Positions 26,601 through 35,544 are shown, counted from the stretch's first letter. The stretch: 64,000 nucleotides of DNA from an uncultured Verrucomicrobiota bacterium (GCA_964568145.1 CAZMOZ010000002.1:178849-242848), one strand, 5' to 3'. Notes: generated by a model from the letters alone, not told the origin. Translations and numbers: made by a program.

Positions 26601-29600
26601 CATCTCGAACAGCGGTTCGGCCGCGCCGTCCGGGTAGCGGCCAATGCTCACGTCGTCTGCCTGCCCGCCAAAGGTCACGGCATCCACCAGCACGCCGTTG
26701 AGGTCGAAGAGCCCCAGTTGCTCGCCGTCGCGCGCCAGGCTGAAGTTCACGTGCAGCTCGCGGCCGGGGGCATTCTGGCCCGTTTCGCCATCGGCCCAGA
26801 CGAGCAGGAAGCCGCCCGCCGGAATCACGGTGCCGGGCGGGATCGTGTATCGCCCCGGCGCATCCAGCGCGTCGGTCAGCGTGTAGCCGCTGAGGTCGGC
26901 CGGGGCGGCGCCGGCGTTGTACAGCTCGAACCAGTCGTCGAAGTCCTCGTCGGCCGGATCCGCGAGCGTCCGGGTGTTGGCGGCCATGATCTCGTTGAGG
27001 CGCACCAGCAGCGTGGGCAGGGCCGGGTTGTTGGCCGCGCCGGGCGTGACTTCGACAAACTGCCGCCGCTGCCGCGGCTCGCCGTCCGGGTAGGAACCGA
27101 CGCTCCGGCCGGCGGACAACTGCGTGTACTCGACGTAATCCATGACCGCCGGAGCGGTGGGCGAACCCTGCTGGCGGGTGAACGCAACCACGCCGGTGGC
27201 GGGCGCGAGACGGAAATTGGTGTGGAGTTCACCGGGCTTGGACTCCGCCGGCTCGCCGTCGGCCCACACCACCAGGAACTGGCCGGGGCCGAGCGTGGTG
27301 CCGGCCGGAAACTGCCAGCGCATGAGGCTGGTGTACGAATCCGTCAGGTAGAACGGCGAGAGGTCCACGGCGTTGGTGCCGGCGTTGTACAACTCGATCC
27401 ACGGATCGCGGTCGCCCGCGCCGTCGCGCGGCCCGGCGACGTTGTTGGGCTGAACTTCGTTGAGCCAGACCGGCGGGAACGCGGGGAGCGTCTGTGCGAT
27501 CGAGTTGGCGCGGCCGGGGGTCGTGCGGTCCGTCGCGTTCGCGGCGGTGGCCGCCCAGTTGGCCACGCGCCAGGAGCCTTGATCGGGGTCCACCAGTTGC
27601 AGCGACGGTCCGAGGCCCGCGGCGTTGGTCGGCCAGGGGAGGCGATCCCAGTAGCGCAGGTCGGTAATGAGCCGGTCCGGTTGTTGCGCGACGCCGGGCT
27701 TGATCAGCGCCAGGCGCTCGCCGTCGTTGTCCAGCGAGCCGGTGAATTCGGCGAAGACCGGGAGGTTGCGGCCGTACACCGCCTCGAAGCCGGCGCGGTT
27801 GCCGACCAGCAGCAGATACGACCGCGGCGCAATGATGGCGCCGGCCGGGAAGGTGTAGCCGACACCCTGGAGGACGCAGCCGCTCAGGTCAAACGGCGTG
27901 TTGAAGGAGCGGTTGAACAGCTCGATGAACGTCGAAGCCAGCTCGCCCGCAGCGGCGTCGTAATGGACTTCGTTGATGACCACGAAGTCCTCCAACCGCT
28001 CGATCGCGCCGGTGTAGCGGACTTCGATGGTATCGCTGGCGCCGGCCACGACGTTGCCACGGAGGTCCTTGCCGACCAGTGTCAGCCGGTTGGTCACGCC
28101 GGTGAGCGGCACGGTGAGATTGAAAGTGCGCACATTGGACCAGGTAAGCGGGTACGGGATGCCGTTGACCTCGATGGTGGCCACGGCAAACGGCGCCGAG
28201 CCGCCGAGCGTGACGGTGGGGCTGGGTGACTCGAAATCCGCGCCGCCGTTGGTGGTGATTTCAAAGACCTTCGCATCCGCGGCGTTGAGCTGGTTGGCGA
28301 TGACGTTGCGGCGGCTGTTGATCCAGGTGGTGATGGCGGTGGGGCCGGTGATGCCCGTGACACCGTTTTTCACCAGGGCCGAACGGCGCGCGTCAATCTG
28401 CGGCTGGAAGTTCTCGGGCAGGAACGGCCCGTTGATGGTGTCCTGGTAGGCGCGCCAGTTCATGCGCTGGAAGGCGGGCGTGGTGTACGCGCGGCTCATG
28501 GTGGGATCCTGGCCGCCGCCCCGCAGCGGCGCGCTGGTGCCGTCGCCGAGGCCGAAGACGAAATCAATGTCCCAGGGAATCAGCACCCAGCGCTGCGCGG
28601 CCGGGCGGTACAGGTACATGTTCTGGCCCACGTTGTAGGTCCAGGCGTCCCAGTTGCCCATCGCGTAGTCGAAGCAGAACGCCCGCATCCATTGCTCCAT
28701 GTCGGCCTGCTGCAACACCCGCGGCACGTAGCTGCCGGAGGTGTCGTTGATGGCGCTGACGAGGTCGAAGAACTGCGCGAAGTTGTTCGCGTCGCCGTCG
28801 TTCGAGCGGCGCTGCCAGTTCCAGCGGTAACGCGCCAGCTTGTAGGCGCCGCCAGTGGTGGTGAACCGCTGGATGGTGGCGCCGGTGGCGTTGAAGCCGC
28901 GGTTGTCATCGTTGAACTCGAACCAAACCGCGACCTTGTACAGGTCGCCCTCGTCGTCGGTCGGGAACCACTTTTCGGCGTAATCGTGATTCGGCTGCTC
29001 CAGGTCTTCCATGATGTCCGGCCGGAACGGCCGGCCGTTGAAATACAGCCGCATGTAATGCGCGTGCAGATACGGGATGCCCAGTTGTTGCGCGTACCAG
29101 GCGGCGAGCTGGCTGCGGATGCCGGTGGATTCGGAGCCGCCGTTGCCGGTCGAGGCGAACACCCGGTCGAAGGTGCCCAGCAACGGCTCATCCCGCGGCG
29201 TGGTCGCCGCAATGTCGCCCGCGCCGCCGTGGTACGGGCTGCCCTTGTCGCGGAAGCCGGTGTTGTAGATCACCCGGTAATTGCCATAGACCAGCGTGCA
29301 ATCGCGCCAGGTGTTGTCCAGGGCGTTCTGGCGCGCGTTGCCCGTGGCCTGGGTGTGCCAGAGATGGTAATGCGCAAACGTCCCGAACGGGATGACCTCG
29401 CCCCAGCGGACCAGGCACTCCTGGCCTTGCGTCCCCGCTTCGGTGAACCGGCCCGCCGGGAAAGTGCTGCTGGCCGGCGTGCCCGCGGCATCCGTGGCAA
29501 TGATGCGGAAGGCCACCAAGGTGCCGTCGCCCCGCCCCGGCAACAGGCCGGAGTAGATGCCGTCGCCCGCCAATTCATCCCCCTGCGTGCCGTTGTCGCG

Positions 29601-32600
29601 CAGGGTCACCGTGGTCAGCGTCGTGGCGGGATCGAGCCGGTAGCGCAGTTGCACTGACGCGATGCCGTCGGGGTCGGAGACGCGGCAGGTCACGCGCACC
29701 TGCTCGTTGGCGGCGGGCAATGGCGGGTTGTGGGCGACGTCGTAGATGGCCGGGCCGGCGTTGGCCACGCGGCGGCTGTTGGCCTGGCCGGGCGTGCCCA
29801 GATTACGCGGCACCGTGAGGTTCGCCGCCAGTTCGAGGCCGTTGCCGTGCAGGCGGAACAGCGCCTGCGGCCAGCCGGCCAGCCAGCGGACCCTGGCCCG
29901 GAGGGTGACTTCCGAATTGCCCGGCAACGTGCTGCGCAGGGAGTTGCGGAGCGAGTTCGGGCCGGGGTCGCCATCGCCCTGGGCGCGGACGCGCAAGCAG
30001 TTGGCGCCGCTGGCCGCGCCCGAGGACACCACGGCGGAGGTGCTGTGGTTCCCGCTCAACACCCAGCCGGTGGTGCCGTTTTCAAAGCCGCCGTTGTTGA
30101 CCACATTGGTGCTGCCCACGCGGAAGGCCTCGATGTCATCCACCAGGCACTCGCCCGCGCCGAGCAAGGTCACGTGCAGACGGTTGGCCGTGCCATTGGC
30201 GTTGTCCACCCGGCCAGTAAACTCGACGGTCGTCCACGGCGCTTTGGCCGTCTCGTCGCTGTCCGCCCAGTTCGCCGGCTGAAGCAGGTCGGCGCGCGGG
30301 TCAATCAGTTCCAAGCTCGACCCGCCGCCGTCGGCCCACTCCCCCCACCGGCCGCCATCGCCGTAAGTGACCTCGGATACCACGACGTGGATGAGGTTGG
30401 TTTCCACCTGGCCGACGGTGTTGGTGGTCAGGATCGTGACCGGCTTGCCGAGGGCCAGCCGCTCGCCGCGGTTGCTCAACTGCCCGGCGTAGTCGCCAAG
30501 GCAGTTGGCAGTGGTCAACTGCGGATAGTTCGCCCGCAACTGCGCGGCGTTCTTCGCCACCACGAGGTAACCGCCGGCCGGCAGCGTCGTGTTGTTCGGG
30601 AAGGTGTAATCCACGCCGGTCACGAACCGCCAGCCGGCCAGGATGACGGGCGTGGCGCCGCGGTTGTGCAGCTCGATGAACTCGTCGTTGTTCTCGCCCG
30701 TGATCGGGTTGTACATCAGCTCGTTGATGACCACGGCGTCCGCGCGCCACGCGGCGTTGGCCGCGCCCGGCGTGGGTTGCGCCAGCCGCCGGATCGTGGC
30801 CGCGCCGTCTGGCGAGCGCCCGCTGGCGACGCCGTTTTCCTGGCCGCCAAAGCGGAGGGCATCCAGCACGCGGGTGCCGGCGGCGTTGACGAGGTAAATC
30901 GTCTCGCCCGCGGCGTTCAGCGCGAAGCCAAGCTGGCTCTGGTCCACGGACAGAAAACCACGCGGCTCGAGGAACGTGCCGGCGGGGAAGCGGAAGCGGT
31001 TCGTGGCCGGGTCATCGGTCAAGACCATGCCGGACACGTCCACCCGCTCGTTGGAGCGGTTGTGCAGCTCGATGAAGTCCAGCACCGGATCGTCCGTGTG
31101 GGCGAGGAATTCGTTGATGACCACGCGGGTTTCGGGCGCGGGAACGGTGGGGTCGAGCGTGCCCGGCGACCCGCCGATGAACTCGCAGGCCGCCCAGGCG
31201 CGCGGGTCGTTTTCGCCGTAGCTGGGCCGGGCGAGCACGAGCGAGTGGCCGGCACCGTCGGCCGACACCGGCCAGGGCGGGTTGTCCGAGTACTCGACTT
31301 CGAGCCGGATGGCGTTGGCGTTGTTCCGCAGGCGGATCAGGCCGCCTTCGTTGGCCAGCGCGCCCGTGTAAGGCCCGAGCACGTTCGTGATGCCGTACAC
31401 GGCCTTGAGGTCGTCCGGAACCGCGGCGATGACGACGGTTTCGCCGGCCTGGAGGCGGAACCCGGCGGGGAAGTCGAAGTTCACCTCGCCGGTGATCCGC
31501 CAGCCGGTCAGGTCTTCGAACACGGAGCGCGCGTTGTGGACTTCCAGAAACTCGAGGTTGCGGCCGTCGGTTCTCGGCGCGGGGTGGTACATGATCTCGC
31601 TGAAGATCATGCCGGTGGCGCGGCTGGACGGGCCGACCGGCTCCTTGGTCAGACCCGGGGCGCCGGTGGTGGCACTCACTGTGGGGCCGATGTCGCGGAA
31701 CCGCGCTGTGGCGAGCACCTTCTCGTTGTCGCTGCTGACCGCGAAGCCGAGGTACACGCTGTTCGGCACGCCGGTGAGCGTGGCCGAGCCGAGCAGCGTC
31801 CAGACACGGCCGTCCAGGCTGGCGTAGCCGGTGAAGGTGTTGCCCACGCGCTGCAGCCGCAGCCAGGTGTGCGGGTAGTTCACCGGAAAACCGTTGCGGG
31901 GCGCGGCGGTGGTGGCGCTGGCGCCCAACGTGCCCCGCGATTCAAAGAAACAACCCAGTTGCGGCGAGGACGCGAACGCCGCAGCAAACCGGACGTTGGC
32001 CTCGAGGCTCTCCCGCGCCATGAGCCCGGCGTGGAGAAACGGGTCGCTGATCGTGACGCCTTCGAGCCGCGCCTGGAAATCGAAGTTCCCGGACCGTTGC
32101 TGCCAGCCGAACTGGAACTGGTCCGCGGTGCCGCCGATCGTCTTGCCCGCGCCGGTCACATCCACGCCGCCGGGCACCGAAAGCGTGTTGCCGGCCAGGG
32201 TGGGCGAGCCGATGTCCACCGGCGCGTACTCGGCCGCCACGAAGGTGATCTTCGAGTTCGGGGCGATGGTGTTCGGGGTCTGGGCGTTGTCCCTCACGTT
32301 GTTCACGGTGAGCGTGTAAGTCGTGCCGTAGGTCATGGCCGACGTGACCAGCACCACCGTGTCCGGGCTGGCACCCGGGCTGGCGCCGCTCACCGTGACG
32401 CCGTTGTTGAGCTGGTAATTGCCGGGCTGGGTGGCCGAAGCCGCCTGGACGGCCTCGCTGAAGGTCACGACCAGTTGCGTGGTGCCCACATTTTGGACAC
32501 CCGCCAGCGTCGGCGGGATGGTGTCCGGCGTGACGGTCAACACGGCTTCCGAACTGGTTGCCGTGCCGAGGTTGTTGGTCACGACACAGCGAAACCGTGC

Positions 32601-33359
32601 GTTGTGGTCTGTCATTTTGACCGGGCCGTAAGCCAAGTCGGGCGAGGTGGCTCCGGCAATCGGCGAGCCGTTCCGCTGCCACTGGTAGCTGTAAAGCCCC
32701 ACTGTGGAAAGCCGCACGCGGAAGCTGGCGATGCCGCCCTCGACCACGGTTGTGTTGGTGGGGTGCTCCGTGATGACCGGCGCGGAGAAACTGACGCCGT
32801 ACGGCAGGAGGTTCGTGGCCACAATCGGCGCCTGGTCGGTGCCGTCCGGCATTCGCCAGCGCACGGCCAGGTTGTCGCCGCCCCAGCCTTCCTTCATCAG
32901 GGCGGAGATGTAGTAGGCCCTGCCCGCCTGCAGTGTGATGGACTGGGATTGCTGGTTGGGCTCCCGGGTCCATTCCCGCGAGGAGGTCCAGCCGGACACC
33001 CAGGCGATCTCCCGCGCCTTGGCCGGGTCTTCATCCGTGCTGAGCAGCAGTGACCCGGCGTCGTCGCTGGCGATCCAGAAGGTGTAACCGCCGGTCCGCG
33101 GAGCGATGATGTAGCCGTGCAGCCGCTGGCCGTATTCGTCCAGCACGTCGGTGGGCGCCTCAAAGAGGTCGGTGACGTAATTCGTGGTGGTGGGGCGGTT
33201 TGGGAAGTCCGGATGGCCGGTCAGGTCGGTCATGACGACGCCCGGGATGCCCATCCAGACCTCGCGCAACACGCCGTTGGCCGGCGGGTTGGCGGCGTGG
33301 GTGGCGGCGGCTGAAAACAGCAACAATCCGATGGCGGTCAAGCGGTTCAGATGCTTCAT
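23697..33359 (-). CDS. Giant (~3,220 aa) secreted multidomain protein: PA14-like, Ig-like, at least 8 lamin-tail domains, CotH kinase-like domain, 4 cadherin/dystroglycan-type repeats, jelly-roll, C-terminal FYR module
   Basis: Start MKHLNRLTAIGLLLFSAAATHA at 33357-33359. PA14-like region ~32850-33285. CotH ~28540-29425 (YMRLYFNG, WDIDFVFG). LTD motif INE...ELxN...L.GW.L repeated. Cadherin-like region ~25420-26570. Confidence 0.9.
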   Translation of the reverse strand: MKHLNRLTAIGLLLFSAAATHAANPPANGVLREVWMGIPGVVMTDLTGHPDFPNRPTTTNYVTDLFEAPTDVLDEYGQRLHGYIIAPRTGGYTFWIASDDAGSLLLSTDEDPAKAREIAWVSGWTSSREWTREPNQQSQSITLQAGRAYYISALMKEGWGGDNLAVRWRMPDGTDQAPIVATNLLPYGVSFSAPVITEHPTNTTVVEGGIASFRVRLSTVGLYSYQWQRNGSPIAGATSPDLAYGPVKMTDHNARFRCVVTNNLGTATSSEAVLTVTPDTIPPTLAGVQNVGTTQLVVTFSEAVQAASATQPGNYQLNNGVTVSGASPGASPDTVVLVTSAMTYGTTYTLTVNNVRDNAQTPNTIAPNSKITFVAAEYAPVDIGSPTLAGNTLSVPGGVDVTGAGKTIGGTADQFQFGWQQRSGNFDFQARLEGVTISDPFLHAGLMARESLEANVRFAAAFASSPQLGCFFESRGTLGASATTAAPRNGFPVNYPHTWLRLQRVGNTFTGYASLDGRVWTLLGSATLTGVPNSVYLGFAVSSDNEKVLATARFRDIGPTVSATTGAPGLTKEPVGPSSRATGMIFSEIMYHPAPRTDGRNLEFLEVHNARSVFEDLTGWRITGEVNFDFPAGFRLQAGETVVIAAVPDDLKAVYGITNVLGPYTGALANEGGLIRLRNNANAIRLEVEYSDNPPWPVSADGAGHSLVLARPSYGENDPRAWAACEFIGGSPGTLDPTVPAPETRVVINEFLAHTDDPVLDFIELHNRSNERVDVSGMVLTDDPATNRFRFPAGTFLEPRGFLSVDQSQLGFALNAAGETIYLVNAAGTRVLDALRFGGQENGVASGRSPDGAATIRRLAQPTPGAANAAWRADAVVINELMYNPITGENNDEFIELHNRGATPVILAGWRFVTGVDYTFPNNTTLPAGGYLVVAKNAAQLRANYPQLTTANCLGDYAGQLSNRGERLALGKPVTILTTNTVGQVETNLIHVVVSEVTYGDGGRWGEWADGGGSSLELIDPRADLLQPANWADSDETAKAPWTTVEFTGRVDNANGTANRLHVTLLGAGECLVDDIEAFRVGSTNVVNNGGFENGTTGWVLSGNHSTSAVVSSGAASGANCLRVRAQGDGDPGPNSLRNSLRSTLPGNSEVTLRARVRWLAGWPQALFRLHGNGLELAANLTVPRNLGTPGQANSRRVANAGPAIYDVAHNPPLPAANEQVRVTCRVSDPDGIASVQLRYRLDPATTLTTVTLRDNGTQGDELAGDGIYSGLLPGRGDGTLVAFRIIATDAAGTPASSTFPAGRFTEAGTQGQECLVRWGEVIPFGTFAHYHLWHTQATGNARQNALDNTWRDCTLVYGNYRVIYNTGFRDKGSPYHGGAGDIAATTPRDEPLLGTFDRVFASTGNGGSESTGIRSQLAAWYAQQLGIPYLHAHYMRLYFNGRPFRPDIMEDLEQPNHDYAEKWFPTDDEGDLYKVAVWFEFNDDNRGFNATGATIQRFTTTGGAYKLARYRWNWQRRSNDGDANNFAQFFDLVSAINDTSGSYVPRVLQQADMEQWMRAFCFDYAMGNWDAWTYNVGQNMYLYRPAAQRWVLIPWDIDFVFGLGDGTSAPLRGGGQDPTMSRAYTTPAFQRMNWRAYQDTINGPFLPENFQPQIDARRSALVKNGVTGITGPTAITTWINSRRNVIANQLNAADAKVFEITTNGGADFESPSPTVTLGGSAPFAVATIEVNGIPYPLTWSNVRTFNLTVPLTGVTNRLTLVGKDLRGNVVAGASDTIEVRYTGAIERLEDFVVINEVHYDAAAGELASTFIELFNRSFNTPFDLSGCVLQGVGYTFPAGAIIAPRSYLLLVGNRAGFEAVYGRNLPVFAEFTGSLDNDGERLALIKPGVAQQPDRLITDLRYWDRLPWPTNAAGLGPSLQLVDPDQGSWRVANWAATAANATDRTTPGRANSIAQTLPAFPPVWLNEVQPNNVAGPRDGAGDRDPWIELYNAGTNAVDLSPFYLTDSYTSLMRWQFPAGTTLGPGQFLVVWADGEPAESKPGELHTNFRLAPATGVVAFTRQQGSPTAPAVMDYVEYTQLSAGRSVGSYPDGEPRQRRQFVEVTPGAANNPALPTLLVRLNEIMAANTRTLADPADEDFDDWFELYNAGAAPADLSGYTLTDALDAPGRYTIPPGTVIPAGGFLLVWADGETGQNAPGRELHVNFSLARDGEQLGLFDLNGVLVDAVTFGGQADDVSIGRYPDGAAEPLFEMATPTPRQPNYLEGGNRPPVFTAIPAQAVGEGAALRFTAKANDPDAGQTLRYSLGPDAPPAATIDEVTGQFVWTPAEADGPGRVSFLIFATDNGTPQRIGSVRVAVDVAEVNLPPVLPVIPDQVADEGTLFTLQLAASDPDLPPNRLVFSLGPNAPEGATLSEDGGFAWTPSEALGSSTTNVNVRVTDDGQPPLSDARTFLIAVREIPNPPDVPFIDPQFVDEGATFQLQVTATDPDMPPSPLRFSFDQAPSGASIHPDTGLITWPTSEANGPTNAIFVVRVSEVNPPNQTTARTFSVNVRELNEAPALAPIADRTVSEGTLLVITNTATDSDLPPQRLTFSLAPGAPAGAGIDANSGVLTWAIGADAGPGTNVITVRVTDDAEDVKTASQTFTVVVVAEPKIVINEIMYRPAVTGAEYVELHNASTNTTWDLSGWLLTGTRYLFPAGTRLTPSGFLVVARDTARFTTAYGARTNLLGNYVNELGPDGGVIELYRSSAPTPETRVDRVAFRATAPWPAAANGQGPSLQLIDPAQDNARVANWAAVTRQSTNASRNLIPIEAGWRYWEAAEDPAPGWTNRGYSDTAWPSGKALLYVEGADLPAAKNTPLTLGQMSYLFRARFNFDGNPEGASLVLNTVLDDGAVFYLNGRPIYWLGMAEGEIPQRDTPATRTVGDAAYEGPFTIPVDNLRAGENVLAVEVHQTNPGSSDIVFGVSVDVLEVRRESYTPGYANSVRGKLEPFPAVGLNEVLAVNQTGIRDNAGDRDPWIELANYGAAPAVLDGWYLSDSYAALAKWPFPPGASLAAGQFKLVWADAEQGETTAAEWHTNFRLAVPAGVVVLSRLQNGQPAVVDFLEYSGLGADQSFGYPAPRLEDSMAAKLGSPTPGAANQTAPPQTPRVTGIQLGQAGEVTLRWTAVAGRGYRVEAAAALASDPWRNAGQVTATGPEAAFTDTGHNGAPAQYYRIVLLP

Positions 33360-33605
33360 GGCAATTCCGAAATCCCGGGGACCGTATGATCCCTGGCGGC
33401 GTCCGAGTGCGTCACGCGGCTGTAACACAATGTCGGAAAACAGCAAGTCACAAGCCAGGAAACCCGCCTGAGCCGGTTTGAGCGGCGTGCGTCCGGCGGA
33501 AAGCCCGGTCAGGCTCGCATCCGGATTCTTCATTGGGCGGACGGGGTAAAACAACCCTCCTTGCGACACCCGCCGCACCGGCGTGTAAACGGGAAATAAA
33601 AGGTA

Positions 33606-33633
33606 TTGACTCCTGTATGCGGAGCGGTAATTT
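33606..33633 (+). promoter_or_regulatory. Candidate sigma70-type promoter of PEP-CTERM gene 1
   Basis: TTGACT, 16 nt, TAATTT, about 55 nt upstream of the ATG. The layout is paralogous to 34564-34591. Confidence 0.3.
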
Positions 33634-33688
33634 CCACGCCGTAGTTAACGGAGCGTTGTGGCCAACGCCGCAACCAAGGGAACAAACT

Positions 33689-34177
33689 ATGAACCTAAAA
33701 CACCTAGCACTCGGCGCGGCGCTGGCCACCACCAGCAGCTTTGCCGGGATCATCATTCAGGAAGCCGATGCGGCGACCACGTTCGCATTGACCCTGAAAT
33801 GGAGTCCGGAAAGTCCGAATCCGGAGTCAACGTCAGATGCGACCGGCGCCTGGCACTGGGACGTGAAGTTCACCAAGACCGCGACCCATGTCATCGCCGA
33901 CTTCAACGGCACGCATGTGCTTCCGCTCGGCCAGACGTTCAGCACCACGCTGAGCGTTCCGCTGACCGGTGGTTCGGCGGCGGACTTCGACATCCTGGAC
34001 GACATCACCAGCTACGACGCTTGGAATGCCAGCCTGCAGCGGAATCCCCAGTTCCTGCCGCTGGTGTTCAACGTTGGCGCGGGACATGTCATTGTGCCGG
34101 AAGCGCGGGAATACGCCCTCCTTGCCGGGCTCGGTCTGGTGGGCTTCGGCGCCTGGCGCCGTTTCCGCAAGTCTTAA
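33689..34177 (+). CDS. PEP-CTERM-type sorting-domain protein (PEA variant), paralog 1
   Basis: Signal MNLKHLALGAALATTSSFAG. C-terminus VPEAREYALLAGLGLVGFGAWRRFRKS. ATG at 33689 (the track ORF starts upstream at 33533). Confidence 0.8.
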   Translation: MNLKHLALGAALATTSSFAGIIIQEADAATTFALTLKWSPESPNPESTSDATGAWHWDVKFTKTATHVIADFNGTHVLPLGQTFSTTLSVPLTGGSAADFDILDDITSYDAWNASLQRNPQFLPLVFNVGAGHVIVPEAREYALLAGLGLVGFGAWRRFRKS

Positions 34178-34211
34178 GCGCGGTCCGTCAACACGCACTT
34201 GAGATTTTCAC

Positions 34212-34243
34212 GGCGCGGGTTCTGACCCGCGCCTTTTGCTTTT
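34212..34243 (+). terminator. Rho-independent terminator
   Basis: GGCGCGGG-ttctga-CCCGCGCC followed by TTTTGCTTTT. Confidence 0.65.
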
Positions 34244-34286
34244 CTGGCGGGGTTCGCCGGCTGACCCGGCTGCGGCAAGGCGGTTC

Positions 34287-34351
34287 AACCCGAACGCCGA
34301 GGTTGGCCGTAGCGCAGTGCGTCCCGCCTGCTCAACTTCGGTTTTCGGGTT
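34287..34351. repeat. R1 REP-like hairpin element, copy 3
   Basis: aacccgaacgccgaggttggccgtagcgcagtgcgtcccgcctgctcaacttcggttttcgggtt. Confidence 0.75.
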
Positions 34352-34563
34352 CAAACCGCCGGCCTTGGGCGGAGCACTTGGGACCGCTCGCAAGAGGTTT
34401 TCCGGGGCGGCTGCGCTGAGTGGAATCGCCGTCTGCCACCCCTGTCGTTGCCGTTCACCCGCCCATTGATCCGCTAAAGGGATTGTCCGTGTGGTGGTTA
34501 CCTCATTTCAAACAACGCTCATCCGGGGCCATCATCAACGATTTACTTCATGAATAAAATAAG

Positions 34564-34591
34564 TTGACAGACCCCAGCCAGTGATTACTTT
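34564..34591 (+). promoter_or_regulatory. Candidate sigma70-type promoter of PEP-CTERM gene 2
   Basis: TTGACA, 16 nt, TACTTT in an AT-rich patch, about 52 nt upstream of the ATG. Confidence 0.35.
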
Positions 34592-34643
34592 ACGCGGCGT
34601 GTGACGGACCGTTGCGGCCTTAACGCAACCAAGGGAACAAACT

Positions 34644-35135
34644 ATGAACCTAAAACAACTAGCACTCGGCGTGGCGCTGGCGACCACCAGCAGCCTCGCG
34701 GGAATCATCATTCAGGAGAGCGATGCGGCAAACACGTTAGCGCTGACCCTGAAATGGAGTCCGGAAAGTCCGAATCCGGAATCAACGTCAGATGCGACCG
34801 GTGCCTGGCACTGGGACGTGAAGTTCACCAAGACCGCGACCCATGTCATCGCCGACTTCAACGGCACGCATGTGCTTCCGCTCGGCCCGACGTTCAGCAC
34901 CACGCTGAGCGTCCCGCTGACCGGTGGTACCGACGCGGACTTCGACGTCCTTCTTGATCCGCCGTGGGGCTATGACATCTGGAACGCCAGCCTGCAACGG
35001 AATCCAAGTTTCCTGCCGTTGGTGTTCAACGTCGGAGCGGCGCAGGTCATTGTGCCAGAAGCGCAGGAATACGCGCTGCTTGCGGGGCTTGGCTTGGTGG
35101 GTTTCGGCGCCTGGCGCCGTTTCCGCAAGGCCTGA
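34644..35135 (+). CDS. PEP-CTERM-type sorting-domain protein (PEA variant), paralog 2
   Basis: Roughly 85% identical to paralog 1 by eye. C-terminus VPEAQEYALLAGLGLVGFGAWRRFRKA. Confidence 0.8.
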   Translation: MNLKQLALGVALATTSSLAGIIIQESDAANTLALTLKWSPESPNPESTSDATGAWHWDVKFTKTATHVIADFNGTHVLPLGPTFSTTLSVPLTGGTDADFDVLLDPPWGYDIWNASLQRNPSFLPLVFNVGAAQVIVPEAQEYALLAGLGLVGFGAWRRFRKA

Positions 35136-35166
35136 CCCCAGCACGTCAACTCATTTGAACACGCAC

Positions 35167-35199
35167 GGCGCGGGCTTTGGCCCGCGCCCTTTTTGTTTT
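35167..35199 (+). terminator. Rho-independent terminator
   Basis: GGCGCGGGC-tttg-GCCCGCGCC followed by CTTTTTGTTTT. Confidence 0.7.
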
Positions 35200-35274
35200 C
35201 GACCGCTCGCCGGAAAACGTTCAAGTCCAAGCCAGAACGCGGCCGCCGGCCTCCGCGGTGGCGCGAAACCGGTT

Positions 35275-35544
35275 GAACCCGAAAGCCGAAGCTGGCCGTG
35301 GCGCCAGCTTTCTAGCGGGCAGGCGCATTTCACTTCTTTTGCAGCCCGACAAAACAGCCAGACGCCATCGGGGGTAGCGGCAGCCATCCCTGGCTGCCGT
35401 AAAGGGCGGCATCCTGCCGCCCGGAACCCGCATCAGACGCGCCGCCCGCCGGGCTGGAGGCCGGCCGCTACCCCGGCGGGAGGTGTCGCCGCCCAAAAAA
35501 CTGAGATGCGCCCCGTCCGACTCAACTCCGGTTTTCGGGTTGAG
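35275..35544. repeat. R1 REP-like element, copy 4, split by a ~190-nt nested insertion
   Basis: Left arm gaacccgaaagccgaagctggccgtggcgcc (35275-~35312) and right arm ctcaactccggttttcgggttgag (~35507-35544). The insert contains an inverted R4 core (35373-35418). Confidence 0.55.

Noticed and set aside
26202-33053. Plus-strand ORFs of 675 aa (26202-28229) and 1107 aa (29730-33053) inside the giant gene
   Set aside because: They are antisense to a 3,220-aa ORF with coherent PA14, LTD, CotH and cadherin-like domains. Their composition is low-complexity and Arg/Gly-rich. No start or RBS context is evident.
33360-33578. N-terminal 73-codon extension of the giant ORF, and similar 5' extensions at 22645-24309, 33533-33688, 36593-36877, 41742-41810, 42786-43052 and 62662-63000
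   Set aside because: In each case an internal start gives a proper signal peptide or the conserved family N-terminus. The extension either overlaps a neighbouring gene or repeat element, or is non-homologous between paralogs.
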